Assembly: GCA_964016885.1 (NCBI GenBank)
Contig: OZ024743.1
Location: forward strand, 292,144,001 to 292,208,000
DNA length: 64,000 nt
Direction of reading: 5' to 3'
Source: Eledone cirrhosa
Taxonomy: Eukaryota
Position 1 is the first letter of the stretch. Every line of letters starts with the position of its first letter. The translations under genes were made by a program, and so were the position numbers. This document shows, piece by piece, positions 49,702-62,615 of the stretch. The notes beneath the pieces were generated by a model, which searched no databases, had not been told where the DNA came from, and was given only the letters and a program-made list of their open reading frames with translations.

Positions 49702-52700
49702 GCAAGGACCCCATTCAATCATTACCTTCTATCTAGCGTATTTTCAAACCTTAATTCCTAACGTATTTTCAAACCTCAATTCCTAATTCTAGCGTATTTT
49801 AATCCTAATTCTAGCGTATTTTCAAAACAATCCATATTTCGTATCAAGTCCAAATAGCCAATCTATCGCTAAAACAATCTACATTTTTTGTATTTATTAA
49901 TTGTTAAATACGAAAGTTTTTGGTCGTATTGAACAGAACAAATTTTGTATTTTTGTTAATCGCTTGTTAAATGCAAGGACCCCATTCAATCATTACCTTC
50001 TATCTAGCTGCCCAACACCCCTCCCTCCCACCGCCACGCACCACCATTGCTATTACGTGGACCAATCATAAACCAGAGCCCCCACGCATCACCAGTATTA
50101 TTACGCGGACCAATCAGAAGCCAGAGGCCTATACTATCGCTTGCCTGGTTGCCTTTCGATATATGATGGATGGATGGACTGCGGAATCCTGGAGAGTGGA
50201 GGAGAGAGAGAGAAAAATCTGGACGCTCAGCGACAATGCCAAAGATAAAGACAAATTCACCTCTTGGACGAGAATGCGAGCACTCCTCATTGTTTCGACC
50301 GCGGACGGCTAACATAACCCCATCGCCCCCCGCCCCCCACCGCCCCCAACCCCCAAACGCAATCCAAAACTTCAGAGTTGGTACCATAAATGTAGGCACC
50401 CTAAAGGGTCGCGCTAACGAGGTTGTAGAAATGCTTGAACGTAAGGAGGTCGATGTTTGTTGTATTCAAGAGACCAGGTGGAGGGGTGGGTCTGCTAGGT
50501 TCATTGAGGGTAAAAAACGATGTTATAAGCTTTTCTGGGTGGGAAACGACGATGGGCTGGGTGGAGTAGGAATCATGGTAGCAGAAAAGTGGGCAGATAA
50601 GATAATAGACGTAAATAGAGTGAACGACAGAATAATTAAAATACGACTTGTCCTCAATAGAACTACGGTGACAGTAATATCTGCGTACGCACCCCAATCC
50701 GGACTGCCCGGCACTATAAAAGACAGATTCTATGAGACACTGATGCTAACTACCTCCCAAATATCCGACAGTGACTATATAATTATCGCAGGCGACCTAA
50801 ATGGTCACGTTGGACAACATTGTGACGGCTACGACGAAATCCATGGAGGCTATGGGTTTGGTACTAGAAATGAGGAAGGCTCCAGAATCCTGGAATTCTG
50901 TGATGCAAATAACCTAACTATCTGTAACACTAACTTCAAAAAACGTGACAATCACCTGATCACCTATAGATCCGGGGAACACACAAGCCAAGTAGATTAT
51001 ATCCTTACCAGAAGACGTGACAGAGTGTCTGTTGTAAACACTAAATCCCTCCCCCATGAAGAATGCACCTCCCAACATAGACTGATAATTAGCGACCTCA
51101 TAGTCAGGACGAGACGTACTCGACAGCAGAAGAGGACTATCCTCAGGAGAAAAATATGGAAGCTAAAGGACCCCACAGCCAGGAATAAATTTCAAAGCAT
51201 ATTACTTGATGCTTTCGACAGTAAGGAAGAACATTTAGAGTCGGACAATATAGAGGGAGAGTGGGAATTTCTGAAAGCAAACCTGCTGTTGGCGACAGAC
51301 GAAGTCTGTGGCTGGAGCAGGCCTGTAGGCAGGAGGAGAGTAACATGGTGGTGGAACAGTAAGGTGGAGGGGTCAATTAAGGCCAAAAAGCAGGCTTGGA
51401 AAGTATGGCGGGATGGGGGAAGTAGAGAAGACTATCAAGTGGCCAGGAGGGAAGCTAGGAGACAAGTGTACTTAGCAAGAAGGGAATCTGAGGAAAGAAA
51501 GTTCAAGCATGTTCTACAACGCGATGACCAAAAACGTGAGGTGTTCAGAATTGCTAGGCAATGCGTCAAGGAAAACCGTGATATTGTCGGGGAGAAGTGT
51601 GTACTAAACGACGATGGCACACTTGCCATCACCGACGCTGATAAGAAGGTAGCTTGGAAGTGTCACTATGAAAGGCTATTAAATGAGGAAAATAAACGGG
51701 AGAAAGACAGTCTCCCCCATATCGACCCAATAGAGGGACCAGCAGTGTTAGTCGAGGGGAGTATAATAAGTAAGGCAATCAAGGATATGAAGACGGGTAA
51801 GGCGGCTGGGCCTTCGGAAATAGTTGCTGAGATGCTGAAGGCATCTGGCACGGTGGGACACACCATGGTCACCCGCATAGTTAACCAAGTCGTACAGAAT
51901 GGGGTTGTTCCGAAGGACTGGCATAGCAGCATCATCGTTAACTGTTATAAGGGTAAAGGAGACGCCCTAGATAGGAGTAACTATAGAGGCATTAAATTAA
52001 TCGACCAGGTCATGAAGGTCACGGAAAAAGTAATAGCGCAACTAATCAGAGAGAGAATTGACCTAGATGAAATGCAGTTCGGGTTTGTGTCAGGCAAAAG
52101 TACCACAGACGCTCTTTTCATAGTACGACAACTACAGGAGAAGTACCTAGCTAAAGGTAAACCCCTCTACTTAGCTTTTGTCGACTTGGAGAAAGCCTTC
52201 GACAGAGTCCCCCGCTCCATTATCTGGTGGGCTCTTAGAAAACTAGGCGTTGACGAATGGCTTGTGAGGGCTATACAAGCCATGTATAAAGAAACAGTCA
52301 GCAAGGTTAGAATTAACAACAAATATAGTGAAGAGTTTAGCGTAAAAGTTGGCGTCCTTCAGGGCTCTGTTCTCAGCCCACTACTATTTATTATTGCCCT
52401 TCAGGCTATAACAGAGGAGTTCAAGACAGGCTGCCCATGGGAACTCCTATACGCAGACGACCTGACACTCATAGCGGAATCAATGGCCGAGCTAGAGAAG
52501 AAATTCCAAACATGGAAGCACGGCCTAGAGTCAAAAGGCCTTAAAATTAACCTGGCTAAGACCAAAGTACTAGTTTGTAGGAAAGAAAACAAGGCGGCGG
52601 TCCCTTCTGGGAAATGGTCGTGCTCGGTGTGTAGGAAAGGCGTAGGTAGAAATTCCATGTTATGTCCTAAATGCAAAGTATGGGTGCATAAAAGATGTAG

Positions 52701-53804
52701 TGGGATCACAGGTAAGCTAACTAAGAACATAGATTTTACATGTGGCCGGTGCTCTGGTGCAATAAGTAGCAGCAAGTGCCCACAAAATACTAGCTCTTTC
52801 AATTGCGCAGAGGGTTCTATAGAAATAGTGGACAGCTTCCGTTACCTGGGCGATAAAATCAGCAGTGGGGGAGGGTGCTCTGAAAGTACTGTAGCTAGAG
52901 TCAGAACTGGTTGGAAAAAGTTCAGAGAGCTTATACCAGTATTAGCTGCTAAAGGGTTCTCCCTAAAAATGAAAGGCAGGTTGTACGATGCCTGCATACG
53001 AACAGCAATGCTGCATGGCAGTGAGACCTGGGCATTGTGTGGAGAGGATATACGCAGACTAGAGAGGAACGAAGCTTGCATGCTCCGCTGGATGTGTAAC
53101 AGTAATATACGTGAACGGCAAAGCATAAACGAACTAAGGAAAAAATTAGACATAAGAGGGATCAGATGTTGTTTACTCGAGAGAAGGCTACGTTGGTATG
53201 GACACGTGATGCGCATGAAAGTCGATAGCTGTATAACAAAGTGCAGGGCAATAAAGATAGACGGTAGTCACGGAATAGGCAGACCTAGAAAAACCTGGGA
53301 CGAGCTGATAAACTCCGACATCACACACTTACACCTCTCCAAGACAATGTCACTGGACCGAGACCTTTGGCGGTACTCAGTAACAGAGAAGACCCGCCTT
53401 ACCTAAATATATAGTAAAACCTACTCCAGCCAGTAGGCATCTCTAACAAAATACACCCCGTCCCACCCCCACCACCCCCACCCCATCCAAACCACCCCGT
53501 TCTATGTAAAGTTATGTTGGTGCCGCGCCATCGAGGCCGAAACAAATGAGATCGTGTAGGTGTCACGACAAAAAAACACACAGTCCACGCTGTAATGTGG
53601 CCGTGTAGGCAACACGGTAAAAACCTCCCAGACCCACACTGTAAATGTGGTTGGTGTTAGGAAGGGCATCCAACTGTAGAAAACCTGCCAGACAGTCCTA
53701 TGCGAGCAAGACAATCACTCTTGCCTCAAGTGGGACTACCCCCGTCCGAACCCATGCAAGCGTGGAACACGGACGTTAAACGTTGATGATGATGATGATG
53801 ATGA
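49702..53804 (+). mobile_element. full-length RTE-clade LINE with (GAT)n tail
   Basis: 5' region has a 36-bp duplication (49702, 49973) and two CCAAT modules. Single ORF. 3' UTR ends GGACGTTAAACGTT(GAT)n. Confidence 0.9.
50170..53406 (+). CDS. RTE LINE protein: APE endonuclease + reverse transcriptase + PHD-like Cys/His insert (1078 aa, uninterrupted)
   Basis: APE motifs GTINVGTL, CIQETRW, SAYAPQ, GDLNGHVG, SQVDYIL. RT motifs NYRGIKL, QFGF, FVDLEKAFD, QGSVLSPLLF, YADD, FRYLG. C-terminal RLRWYGHV and GRPRKTW. Confidence 0.96.
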   Translation: MDGLRNPGEWRREREKSGRSATMPKIKTNSPLGRECEHSSLFRPRTANITPSPPAPHRPQPPNAIQNFRVGTINVGTLKGRANEVVEMLERKEVDVCCIQETRWRGGSARFIEGKKRCYKLFWVGNDDGLGGVGIMVAEKWADKIIDVNRVNDRIIKIRLVLNRTTVTVISAYAPQSGLPGTIKDRFYETLMLTTSQISDSDYIIIAGDLNGHVGQHCDGYDEIHGGYGFGTRNEEGSRILEFCDANNLTICNTNFKKRDNHLITYRSGEHTSQVDYILTRRRDRVSVVNTKSLPHEECTSQHRLIISDLIVRTRRTRQQKRTILRRKIWKLKDPTARNKFQSILLDAFDSKEEHLESDNIEGEWEFLKANLLLATDEVCGWSRPVGRRRVTWWWNSKVEGSIKAKKQAWKVWRDGGSREDYQVARREARRQVYLARRESEERKFKHVLQRDDQKREVFRIARQCVKENRDIVGEKCVLNDDGTLAITDADKKVAWKCHYERLLNEENKREKDSLPHIDPIEGPAVLVEGSIISKAIKDMKTGKAAGPSEIVAEMLKASGTVGHTMVTRIVNQVVQNGVVPKDWHSSIIVNCYKGKGDALDRSNYRGIKLIDQVMKVTEKVIAQLIRERIDLDEMQFGFVSGKSTTDALFIVRQLQEKYLAKGKPLYLAFVDLEKAFDRVPRSIIWWALRKLGVDEWLVRAIQAMYKETVSKVRINNKYSEEFSVKVGVLQGSVLSPLLFIIALQAITEEFKTGCPWELLYADDLTLIAESMAELEKKFQTWKHGLESKGLKINLAKTKVLVCRKENKAAVPSGKWSCSVCRKGVGRNSMLCPKCKVWVHKRCSGITGKLTKNIDFTCGRCSGAISSSKCPQNTSSFNCAEGSIEIVDSFRYLGDKISSGGGCSESTVARVRTGWKKFRELIPVLAAKGFSLKMKGRLYDACIRTAMLHGSETWALCGEDIRRLERNEACMLRWMCNSNIRERQSINELRKKLDIRGIRCCLLERRLRWYGHVMRMKVDSCITKCRAIKIDGSHGIGRPRKTWDELINSDITHLHLSKTMSLDRDLWRYSVTEKTRLT

Positions 53805-54014
53805 TATATATGTGTGTGTATATGTGTCTGTGTATGTGTATGTATATATGTCTATATGGTTTTGTGTGTATATGTATACACATGTATATTTGTGTTTGTA
53901 TGTATGCGTGTGAGTGTATTTATTTGTGTATATATGTGTGTGTGTGTGTATGTATGTGTATGTGTGTGTGTATGTGTATATATATATATATGTGTGTGTA
54001 TATTTGTGTATATA

Positions 54015-54097
<83 letters not shown>

Positions 54098-54830
54098 GTA
54101 TGTGTGTATGTATGTGTGTGTACATGAATATATTTTTATATATGTGTGTGTGATTTTATGTGTGTATATGTGTTTGTGTGTGTGTTTATGGTTGCGCGTA
54201 AGTGTGTGAGTGAGTATGTGTTTTTTTGTTTTTTTGTGAATGTGTCTGTTGATTTTTGGCATATAGTTGATTAGTTTAAGAGAAGTTCGAAGATAATAGG
54301 AAGATATGCACTCAGTATTTTGAATCTGTCTGCAGAATTCTCTAGACCTTTGTCACCTAGTAGAACCTTAATGATTTTTGCTTTTAAAGAATCTCCCTTT
54401 TCATTAATTCTATCGACCATAACTGACCCCCCACTGATTTTATAGACATCTGTTAGCTTAAGAGAAACTTAATGACAAGGAATGGTATGCCATCCGGAAC
54501 CTGTTTATAGAATTATGTCTGCCCTTGTTACTCTAAAAACATAAATAAATAAATAAAAATAAACTATAGCTTTGTAGAATTAGCTTTTAATGAATTCCCT
54601 TTTCTATCAACCAATGACCTGCACCCATCCCACTCCCCACCCTCTCCTACCACTTGTAGAGACCTATAAATACCATATTTATTTTTTGATACCCAGATTC
54701 CTGATGATTTCTAATGAATGAAACAGTTCTAGTCCTGTAGAATCTCATCTATATTAAAACTTTTATACTCTGCTATGTATTGAGTACCTTACTTACTGTG
54801 GTTACCTCCGATTCAACCCGGAATAACGTA

Positions 54831-54937
<107 letters not shown>

Positions 54938-54962
54938 GTATGTGTATGTATGTATATTATAC

Positions 54963-55000
<38 letters not shown>

Positions 55001-55415
55001 CGACCTATGTAATCTATATTATTACATTATCCATTATTCTACACAGCTCGATATTAATAAACGTATCTATTCAGAGAATATCCATAGAAAATGGTATTTA
55101 AAGCGCATACATATAACTAACACATATACCTACACGTTCGTTTACTGACCTACGCACATTCATTTGTACTTGTAATCACGCATATGAATACGCATCAGAT
55201 ACGTGTGTTGACTAATGTGGATTAAGAATAATATATTGATTTATTTTACTTGGTATGAAAACTGATAACAACTAAGAATTAGTGCGATTGACTACGTCGA
55301 ATACATCCAAATCTTGTAGGTCGCCTTATCGTTTTTGTACATTCAAAACCACCCATCAATACAAAAAGTGGATGCTTCCGACAAAAAGCTGATACCTGAA
55401 AATGATTCTCCATAT

Positions 55416-55482
<67 letters not shown>

Positions 55483-55828
55483 TGGTGCAAGAGAGAGATA
55501 ATGTAAGCAAGAAGGACAGTAGTGATAGCATTTCATATGTTTATGGCATCAAAATTATTAAAATAAAATGATATATTAAAAACGATATTTGACACACACC
55601 AAAGGCTTGTATTATGAACAGATAAATAATATTTACGGCATATTTTGGTAGTATTGCGTAGATACGCCGAAGGTTACAAATAATCTATTCCAAGACCGTT
55701 ACTATCAAACTCTCACACATACACATATATACGCACACACTTACAGGCACACACACACACACAGGAACACATACACACACACAAACATACACGCAGGTAA
55801 AATTACAACCATTGATATATATATATAT

Positions 55829-56060
55829 ATCAATGATATTAATAAATGGAAACTATATTTATAAAACCATATTTATTCTATTATATATATTTCAAGGGTA
55901 CCAAATTTATGGTACCCCCTCATCAGATAAAATACAAAATTTGTTTCATAAATAAATACTGGCATACCCAGGAATCAGACCTTAACAGTTCAGGTTCCGT
56001 TTGGAACTATATTTGTGGAAATGTATTTGTGGAATTACCAACAAATTAAATATCTCTTTG

Positions 56061-56062
<2 letters not shown>
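55829..56062 (-). mobile_element. HHR-bearing fragment of the 23.5-23.9 kb family
   Basis: Homologous to the 23597-23760 arm (tttcaagggtacc...ctcatcagataaaata). Its right end is the reverse complement of 23511-23550. (TA)n flanks. Confidence 0.7.
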
Positions 56063-56103
<41 letters not shown>

Positions 56104-56106
<3 letters not shown>

Positions 56107-59100
56107 AACAAGTAGGACCCCGATAGCTGAGCTCAAGCCGTTTCGACGGATAACTCTGGACTAAATAAACATTTTTAGCCTGGTAAATGAATAGCCGAAC
56201 TTCTCGGGGGGTAATCATATATGGTAAAAGCGATTGTCACAAGGATTGGTCAAAAGTTTGTTGTTAAGACATATGATTCTATCATGGCATTTTGTGGAAG
56301 GTAGGGTAGCTGAACTTGCCAGTAGAAGAAAGAGGGAGAGGGAGTGAAGGAAACCCTGTCAAGCGTTGAAAGTGAAAAATACAGCAGATTCTAAGGATAG
56401 TGTATAGAAGGTCGAAAAAGGTATACTAGAGAAGGGGAGGGGGAGTTGAAACAATAAGTAAATTTAATGGGAGTAAACAAAAAAGTCATTATAAAAATGA
56501 GGAAATATATAAAATATATATAAAAAAATATATAAAAAACAATTTCTGGTTACTACTCCCCTTCCACAATCATCACATCTCTTACTGGTACTGCTAAGCT
56601 ATAGAAACATTTATTAGGTGGGAAGGAATACTAAATACGATATTTTAGTGAAAGAATTTTATGAGGCCATAATTATAGGGGCTCTACCACCACTACGATA
56701 GTTAGTAGTAATCAGCCAATGCTATCTTACAATGACAGGTTAATAAGTTGAAGACCAACATACTAAAAAAAAAACTAATACGAAATATTAATTCAGACTC
56801 CCGAAACTAATACGAAATATTAATTCAGAATCCCGAAACATGAATACTAATACAATATATATAAAAGTACTGCTACAATACATAAATTCTAATACAATCT
56901 ACATAAATACTCATACAATATATATAAAAAAACTAATACAATATATATAAATACTGCTACAATACATAAATGCTAATACAATTTACATAAATACTCTTAC
57001 AATATATATGAAAAACTAATACGAAATATTAATTCGGAATCCCCAAAACATAAATACTAATATACAAGAAACTGGAGCAGAAATACCACTAAGAAATCTA
57101 AAAATCTCGGAAATGAGGCAGCAACCAGAGAAGAAAGCAACGACATCATGGTGCACGCGGATAAAACTGGTAACCTCTATTTCGTCAACCCCGACAGATA
57201 CCACACACTGATCAGGAGCAGCCTAAACTGCGCCTATAAAAAGGCTAAGCACTCAAGCATCGAGGACATAAATCGAGATGGACAACAAATTACCCCCAGC
57301 CTCGGGGTCGCCGACCGCACTGAGCCCCTAGACCCACGGACTCCCTACGTCACACTGAAGGACCACAAATCCGACTTCGATCGTAAACCATCTATCAGGC
57401 TTATAAACCCAACGAAGTCCGACATAGGGAGAATCAGTAAAAAAAATCCTAGACGGCGTTATACCAACAGTTAAGTAAAACGCCAGACTTACCCTATGGG
57501 TCAACATCCAGGAAGTAATCTCATGGTTCAGCAATATGGAGGACAAACGAGAGACAACATTCATCCAGTTTGACATAGAGTGTTCCTATGCTTCAATTAC
57601 CTTACCGCTCCTTACTTCAATTACCTTACCGCCGCCTTAGACTTTGCCGAGACACTCGCGCCCATCACCGACCAGAAAAGAAATATCATCCTCCACGCCA
57701 GGAAGACAGTCCTACTTTTCGACAACTCCAAATGGATACAGAGATCTCCCGACTCCCCCTTCGACGTCAGTATGGGCGCGACTGATTGCATTCGGCGGTG
57801 GTTTGTACCGGGATGATGGGCTCCTTATCTTCAAAGGGTACAACCCCAGTAGTACAGACCGGGCCCGTAAACAATTACTCAGCTTCTTCCGCGACTGGGG
57901 ATTTAAAATAACACTACAAACGTCCCTAACCAGAGTAAACTTCCTGGACTTTACCCTTAACCTCGATAACGATCTGTACTACCCATATAGGAAATCAAAT
58001 GACAACCTTTACTACATCCACCGCCCGTCGAACCATCCTATAAACATCACCAATAACCTGGTTAAAAAAATCTCCCGCTGCATATCTCGTTTGTCCGCTA
58101 ATGAGCGGATATTCGACGAACATGCGCCTTATTACAACCAGGCTCTCAACCGGAGTGGCTTCCGGGAGGAAATATCCTATTATCTAGCTTCCATTAGCGG
58201 GACCAGCAGGCGACACCACCGCTCACGCAACGTAACGTGGTTCAATCCTCCCCACAATGCCGAGGTGACACCACCTATCGGGAAAATCTTCTTTAGGCTC
58301 ATCGAAAAACACTTCCCACTACAACACCGCTACCACAACATAATCAACAAAAACACCATCAAACTCTCCTACAGCACCACATCTATCTTTGCACAAAACA
58401 TCGTCTCCTCTATCAACAAAAAACTCAACCCCTATGGAAGAAATAACCTAGATAGCAGTGGAGAGCCGACCAGCAGGTGTAACTGTCCTGATGGATCCCT
58501 TTGCCTCATCCACAACAGGTGCATAGATCGTAATGTGACCTACCAGTGCAAGTGAGGACGGACACCTCCAACAAAGCTTATATAGGATTAACCGCTTGTG
58601 ACTTCAAGACCCGGCTCTACCAAAACAGACATACTTTACGAAACCCGGCCCGGCGTCACGCCACTACACTTTCGGGCCACATCTGGGATCTCAAAGATAA
58701 TATTATAACCTACAATCTCACTTGGAGCTTACTGTCCAGAGCCAACTCTTACACAGGAGGACGCCGTCCGTGTAACTTATGCTCGGAGAAAACAATACAA
58801 ATGCTGTTTCGACGGACCAACTCCTAAAAAAGAAAGACGAACTGGTAACTGCATGCAAACACAGATTCATAGGACTTACCTCGCTCTCAAAGCCCATAAT
58901 GACCCGGGGGGTGGGGGTAGACAAGGGCTGACACACCCCACTTGCCGACTTTGTAAGGGGTAACCCCTGCTTACAAAGGTAGACGTAACTTTTTTTTATA
59001 TATTCTTTTTTATATATTTTTTATCGTTTCCTCTATATTTCCTTATTCCCCTCCAAGCCTTCCTAGTCCGTCCACCCCATAAATCCTTCTTTGTCGTCGT

Positions 59101-60349
59101 TCTTTTCACCTTCTCGCCCACCCCGATGCAACCCTTCGGTCCTCTGTAGCCTCAATACCCCCACCCCCTTTTATTTTATGATAGAATTGGCCGATTCCGC
59201 TTTTTATAGCAGATATGCTAGACCCCAGATACTTGCTTTCTTCTCTGGTTGATGCCCCATTTCCGTGATTTCTAGATTTCTTAGTGGTATTTCTGCTCTA
59301 GTTTCTTGTATATTAGTATTTATTTTGGGGGGATTCCGAATTAATATTTCGTATTAGTTTTTCATATATATTGTACGAGTATTTACGTAGATTGTATTAG
59401 AATTTATGTATTGTAGCAGTATTTATATATATTGTATTAGTCTTTTTATATATATTGTATGAGTATTTATGTAGATTGTATTAGAATTTATGTATTGTAG
59501 CAGTACTTTTATATATATTGTATTAGTATTCATGTTTCGGGAATCTGAATTAATATTTCGTATTAATTTCGGGACTTGAATTAATATTTCGTATTAGTTT
59601 TTTTTAGTATGTTGGTCCTCAACTTATTAACCTGTCATTGTAAGATAGCATTGGCTGATTACTACTAACTATCGTAGTGGTGGTAGAGCCCCTATCATGA
59701 TGGCCTCATAAAATTCTTTCACTACAATCTCGTATTTAGTATTCCTTCCCACCTAATAAATTTTTCTATAGCTTAGCAGTACCAGTGAGAGATTTGATGA
59801 TTGTGGAAGGGGAGTAGTAACCATAAATTGTTTTTTATATATTTTTTTATATATTTTTTATATATTTCCTCAGTTTTATAATGACTTTTTTGTTTACTCC
59901 CATTAGATTTACTTATTGTTTCAACTCCCCCCTACCCTTCTCTAGTATACTTTTTTCGACCTTCTATACACTATCCTTAGAATCTGCTGTATTTTTCACT
60001 TTCAACGCTTCACTGGGTTTCCTCCACTCCCTCGCCCTCTTTCTTCTACTGGCAAGTTCAGCTACCCTACCTTCCATAAAATGCCATGAGAGAATCATAT
60101 GTCTTAGCAACAAACATTTGACCTATCCCTGTGACAATCACTTTTACCATATATGGAATTACCCCCTGAGAAGGTCGGCTATTCATTTACTAGGCTAAAC
60201 ATTTTTATTTACTCCAGAATTAGCCGTCGAAACGGCTTGAGCTCAGCTATCGGGGTCCTACTTGTTCATATTACCCGCTCTACTACCCCAAGTATTGAGT
60301 ACTTTGGTGCCATATGGTCCATCCGGTTCCTTACTACATTTCCTTCATT
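56104..60349 (+). mobile_element. Penelope-like element with ~1.03-kb inverted arms (56104-57140 / 59233-60267) and ~80-bp 3' tail
   Basis: Arms are reverse complements at roughly 90% identity. Decayed RT-EN lies between them. (TA)n on both sides. Confidence 0.88.
57141..58930 (+). pseudogene. PLE RT + GIY-YIG, frameshifted and partly deleted
   Basis: Motifs ADKTGNLY, YVTLKDHK, IRLINPTKSDIG, FDVSMG, GGLYRDDGL, NFLDFTL, WFNPP, TIKLSYS, CNC...C...NVTY, YIGLTACDFKTR, CNLC. Confidence 0.9.
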
Positions 60350-60362
60350 ATATACATACATA

Positions 60363-60476
<114 letters not shown>

Positions 60477-60499
60477 CATATATATACATACACATATAG

Positions 60500-60640
60500 A
60501 TAGACAGGAGTAAATGCTAGGAAAGGTATTAGGTTCACACCTATTGAGAGTTAGGGGGTGTGAATGCGACGTTTCGTACATAAGCACTTCGTCAGGAGAG
60601 TGGTGGGAAGAAGAATGAGGAGGATGAGGAAGTGGAAAAA
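60500..60640 (-). ncRNA. isolated pLTR-like fragment with hammerhead core
   Basis: Minus strand CTGACGA-a-gtgc-ttat-gtac-GAAAC-GTC at ~60568-60595. Stem I is not evident. Lies between microsatellites. Confidence 0.5.
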
Positions 60641-60748
60641 AATATATGTATTTATATATGTGTGCGTGTGTGTGGTGTGTGTGTGCATGCGTGTACGTGC
60701 ACATATGGGTGCGTTTGTAAATATGCACTCTCGCACATCAATCCACAT

Positions 60749-60830
<82 letters not shown>

Positions 60831-61720
60831 GATTGATTTAATGACGGAAATCATAAAAAGTTTCCAAAACATTAAATAATATTCTACAGAATTTTGATGC
60901 ATACGTCTTGTTTCATAATACAGGCATCCGAGGTTGTTTAGCTAGAAAGAGAAATATATATTCATAAATATATTTTCCTAAAACAATATGTTAATATTTC
61001 TGTACACCTAGGTGAATGTAAGTATTTCAGAGAAGTCACAATACGAAATATATAAACACTGAATCCACTGCAATGGAAGAGAACTCATGTACGATGAGAT
61101 GGTGGTCAAATTTTCATATAGAGTACAAATCATGTTTAAATTAACAAAATAGAAGCGAAATTAAATCGAGATTAGAGACTTTACATGGTGCCATGCTACC
61201 ACTTAGTCTTCACATGATGCCTTCTTACCAGTGAGCATAATCTGCGATGCAGTTTTGATAACGGTTTAATGAATTTTATACTGAACTAGCAGAATGGCCC
61301 GGCATTGCTCGGGATTCTAAACATAGATTGGCATGTTTAACCCTCGTTTCTGAAACAGTAAGAAGTACGGAATACCTCGGACTGGCGACCATCGAATAGC
61401 AGATTCCACTGACGATTCGTTTGCCCACCTTTTTCTATTTCTTGCAGCTTTCGCACTATTTCGGCCAATGGAGTATCTCTTCCTTCGAGGCATGACCTAA
61501 AAGCAGGTCGAAGTACACCAAGACTAACTAGTAGAGTAAGGAGTAAACTCGTCAGTGATGCATGTGATTTCCGAACCGTTGACTATGTAATTACTAAGCC
61601 ATGAGTGTCGTCTTAACCTGGGCGGGACGTTATAGCTATGTATCTATCTGTATTACGACATTATGAAAACATTGACTTCGTTATCTGTGTGTGTGTGTAT
61701 ATATATGTATATATATATAT

Positions 61721-61783
<63 letters not shown>

Positions 61784-61838
61784 CGTTTCTGAATTTGTTT
61801 AGCAAGATTCTTTATCTGAAAACGTGTGTTGAAACCGA

Positions 61839-62343
61839 TATTGTTATACTTTGGGAGGGTCATGTTGCCAATAAGAAACACACGCACCAGTTACTTTCAC
61901 TTCAATTTATTATAAATTAAATTTATAAATTTAGGAATTTATAAATTTCCGGTTGGTTGGTTAGTCCACAATCAGACGATTGTTCATATATTGTCAAATT
62001 CTTTCGTCACACATTCTGTGACCTCTTCAGTGACTGGGGATTCATTCTTTTCTTTGTTTTTGTGCCTCTCCTTTGTTCTGTCCTATGCCATCTTGTTTTT
62101 CGTAGATGGCGTAGGACAGAACAAAGGAGAGGCACAAAAACAAAGAAAATAATCCCCAGTCACTGAAGAGGTCACAGAATGTGTGACGAAAGAACTTTGA
62201 CAATATATGAACAATCGTCTGGAACCAACCAACCAACCGGAAATTTATAAATTCCTAAATTTATAAATTTAATTTATAATAAACTGAAGTGAAAGCATTT
62301 GGTGCGTCTGTTTCTTATTGGCAACATGACCGTCCCAAAGTAT

Positions 62344-62350
<7 letters not shown>
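61839..62350. mobile_element. ~510-bp palindromic HHR element with left tail (61781-61838)
   Basis: Arms mirror around ~62098. HHR at 62159-62201: gtca-CTGAAGA-g-gtcac-agaatgt-gtgac-GAAAG-aa-CTT-tgac. The outer end resembles 38611-38660. Confidence 0.85.
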
Positions 62351-62392
<42 letters not shown>

Positions 62393-62396
<4 letters not shown>

Positions 62397-62580
62397 TTAG
62401 AGCAAACATCACGAGCGCTCTATCTCAAAATTATTTTTGAAAAGCATTAGAAATGCTCAACCGGTAAAATCTTGAAAATAAAACAGAATACCAACCAATA
62501 CTTATTACTAATTTATACTTATTCCTAATTAAACTATGTTTCACTCGGAAAAATTTGTCAGCATTTTCTTTTCCTTTTTA

Positions 62581-62585
<5 letters not shown>
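62393..62585 (+). mobile_element. 3' fragment of the 16.7-17.9 kb family
   Basis: Matches 17710-17910 (TCTATCTCAAAATTATTTTTGAAAAGCATT...TTTGTCAGCATTTTCT). (TA)n on both sides. Confidence 0.75.

Positions 62586-62611
<26 letters not shown>

Positions 62612-62615
<4 letters not shown>

Larger units (their letters stand above)
46961..54826 (+). mobile_element. PLE insertion with inverted 5' arm, GIY-YIG fragment and microsatellite-expanded 3' UTR, interrupted by an RTE
   Basis: 46961-47215 is a near-perfect reverse complement of 54507-54761. 47214-47548 encodes IGMTSNNFKTRWYAHTHSF...CDLCISE...LNK. HHRs at 54695-54745 (+) and 46977-47027 (-). About 65-bp unpaired tail to 54826. Confidence 0.82.

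Noticed and set aside
47633-49761. Long ORFs rich in YI/CV/HT (up to 509 aa), and similar ones throughout the window
   Set aside because: They are translations of (TA)n/(TG)n microsatellites, which lack stop codons; not genes.
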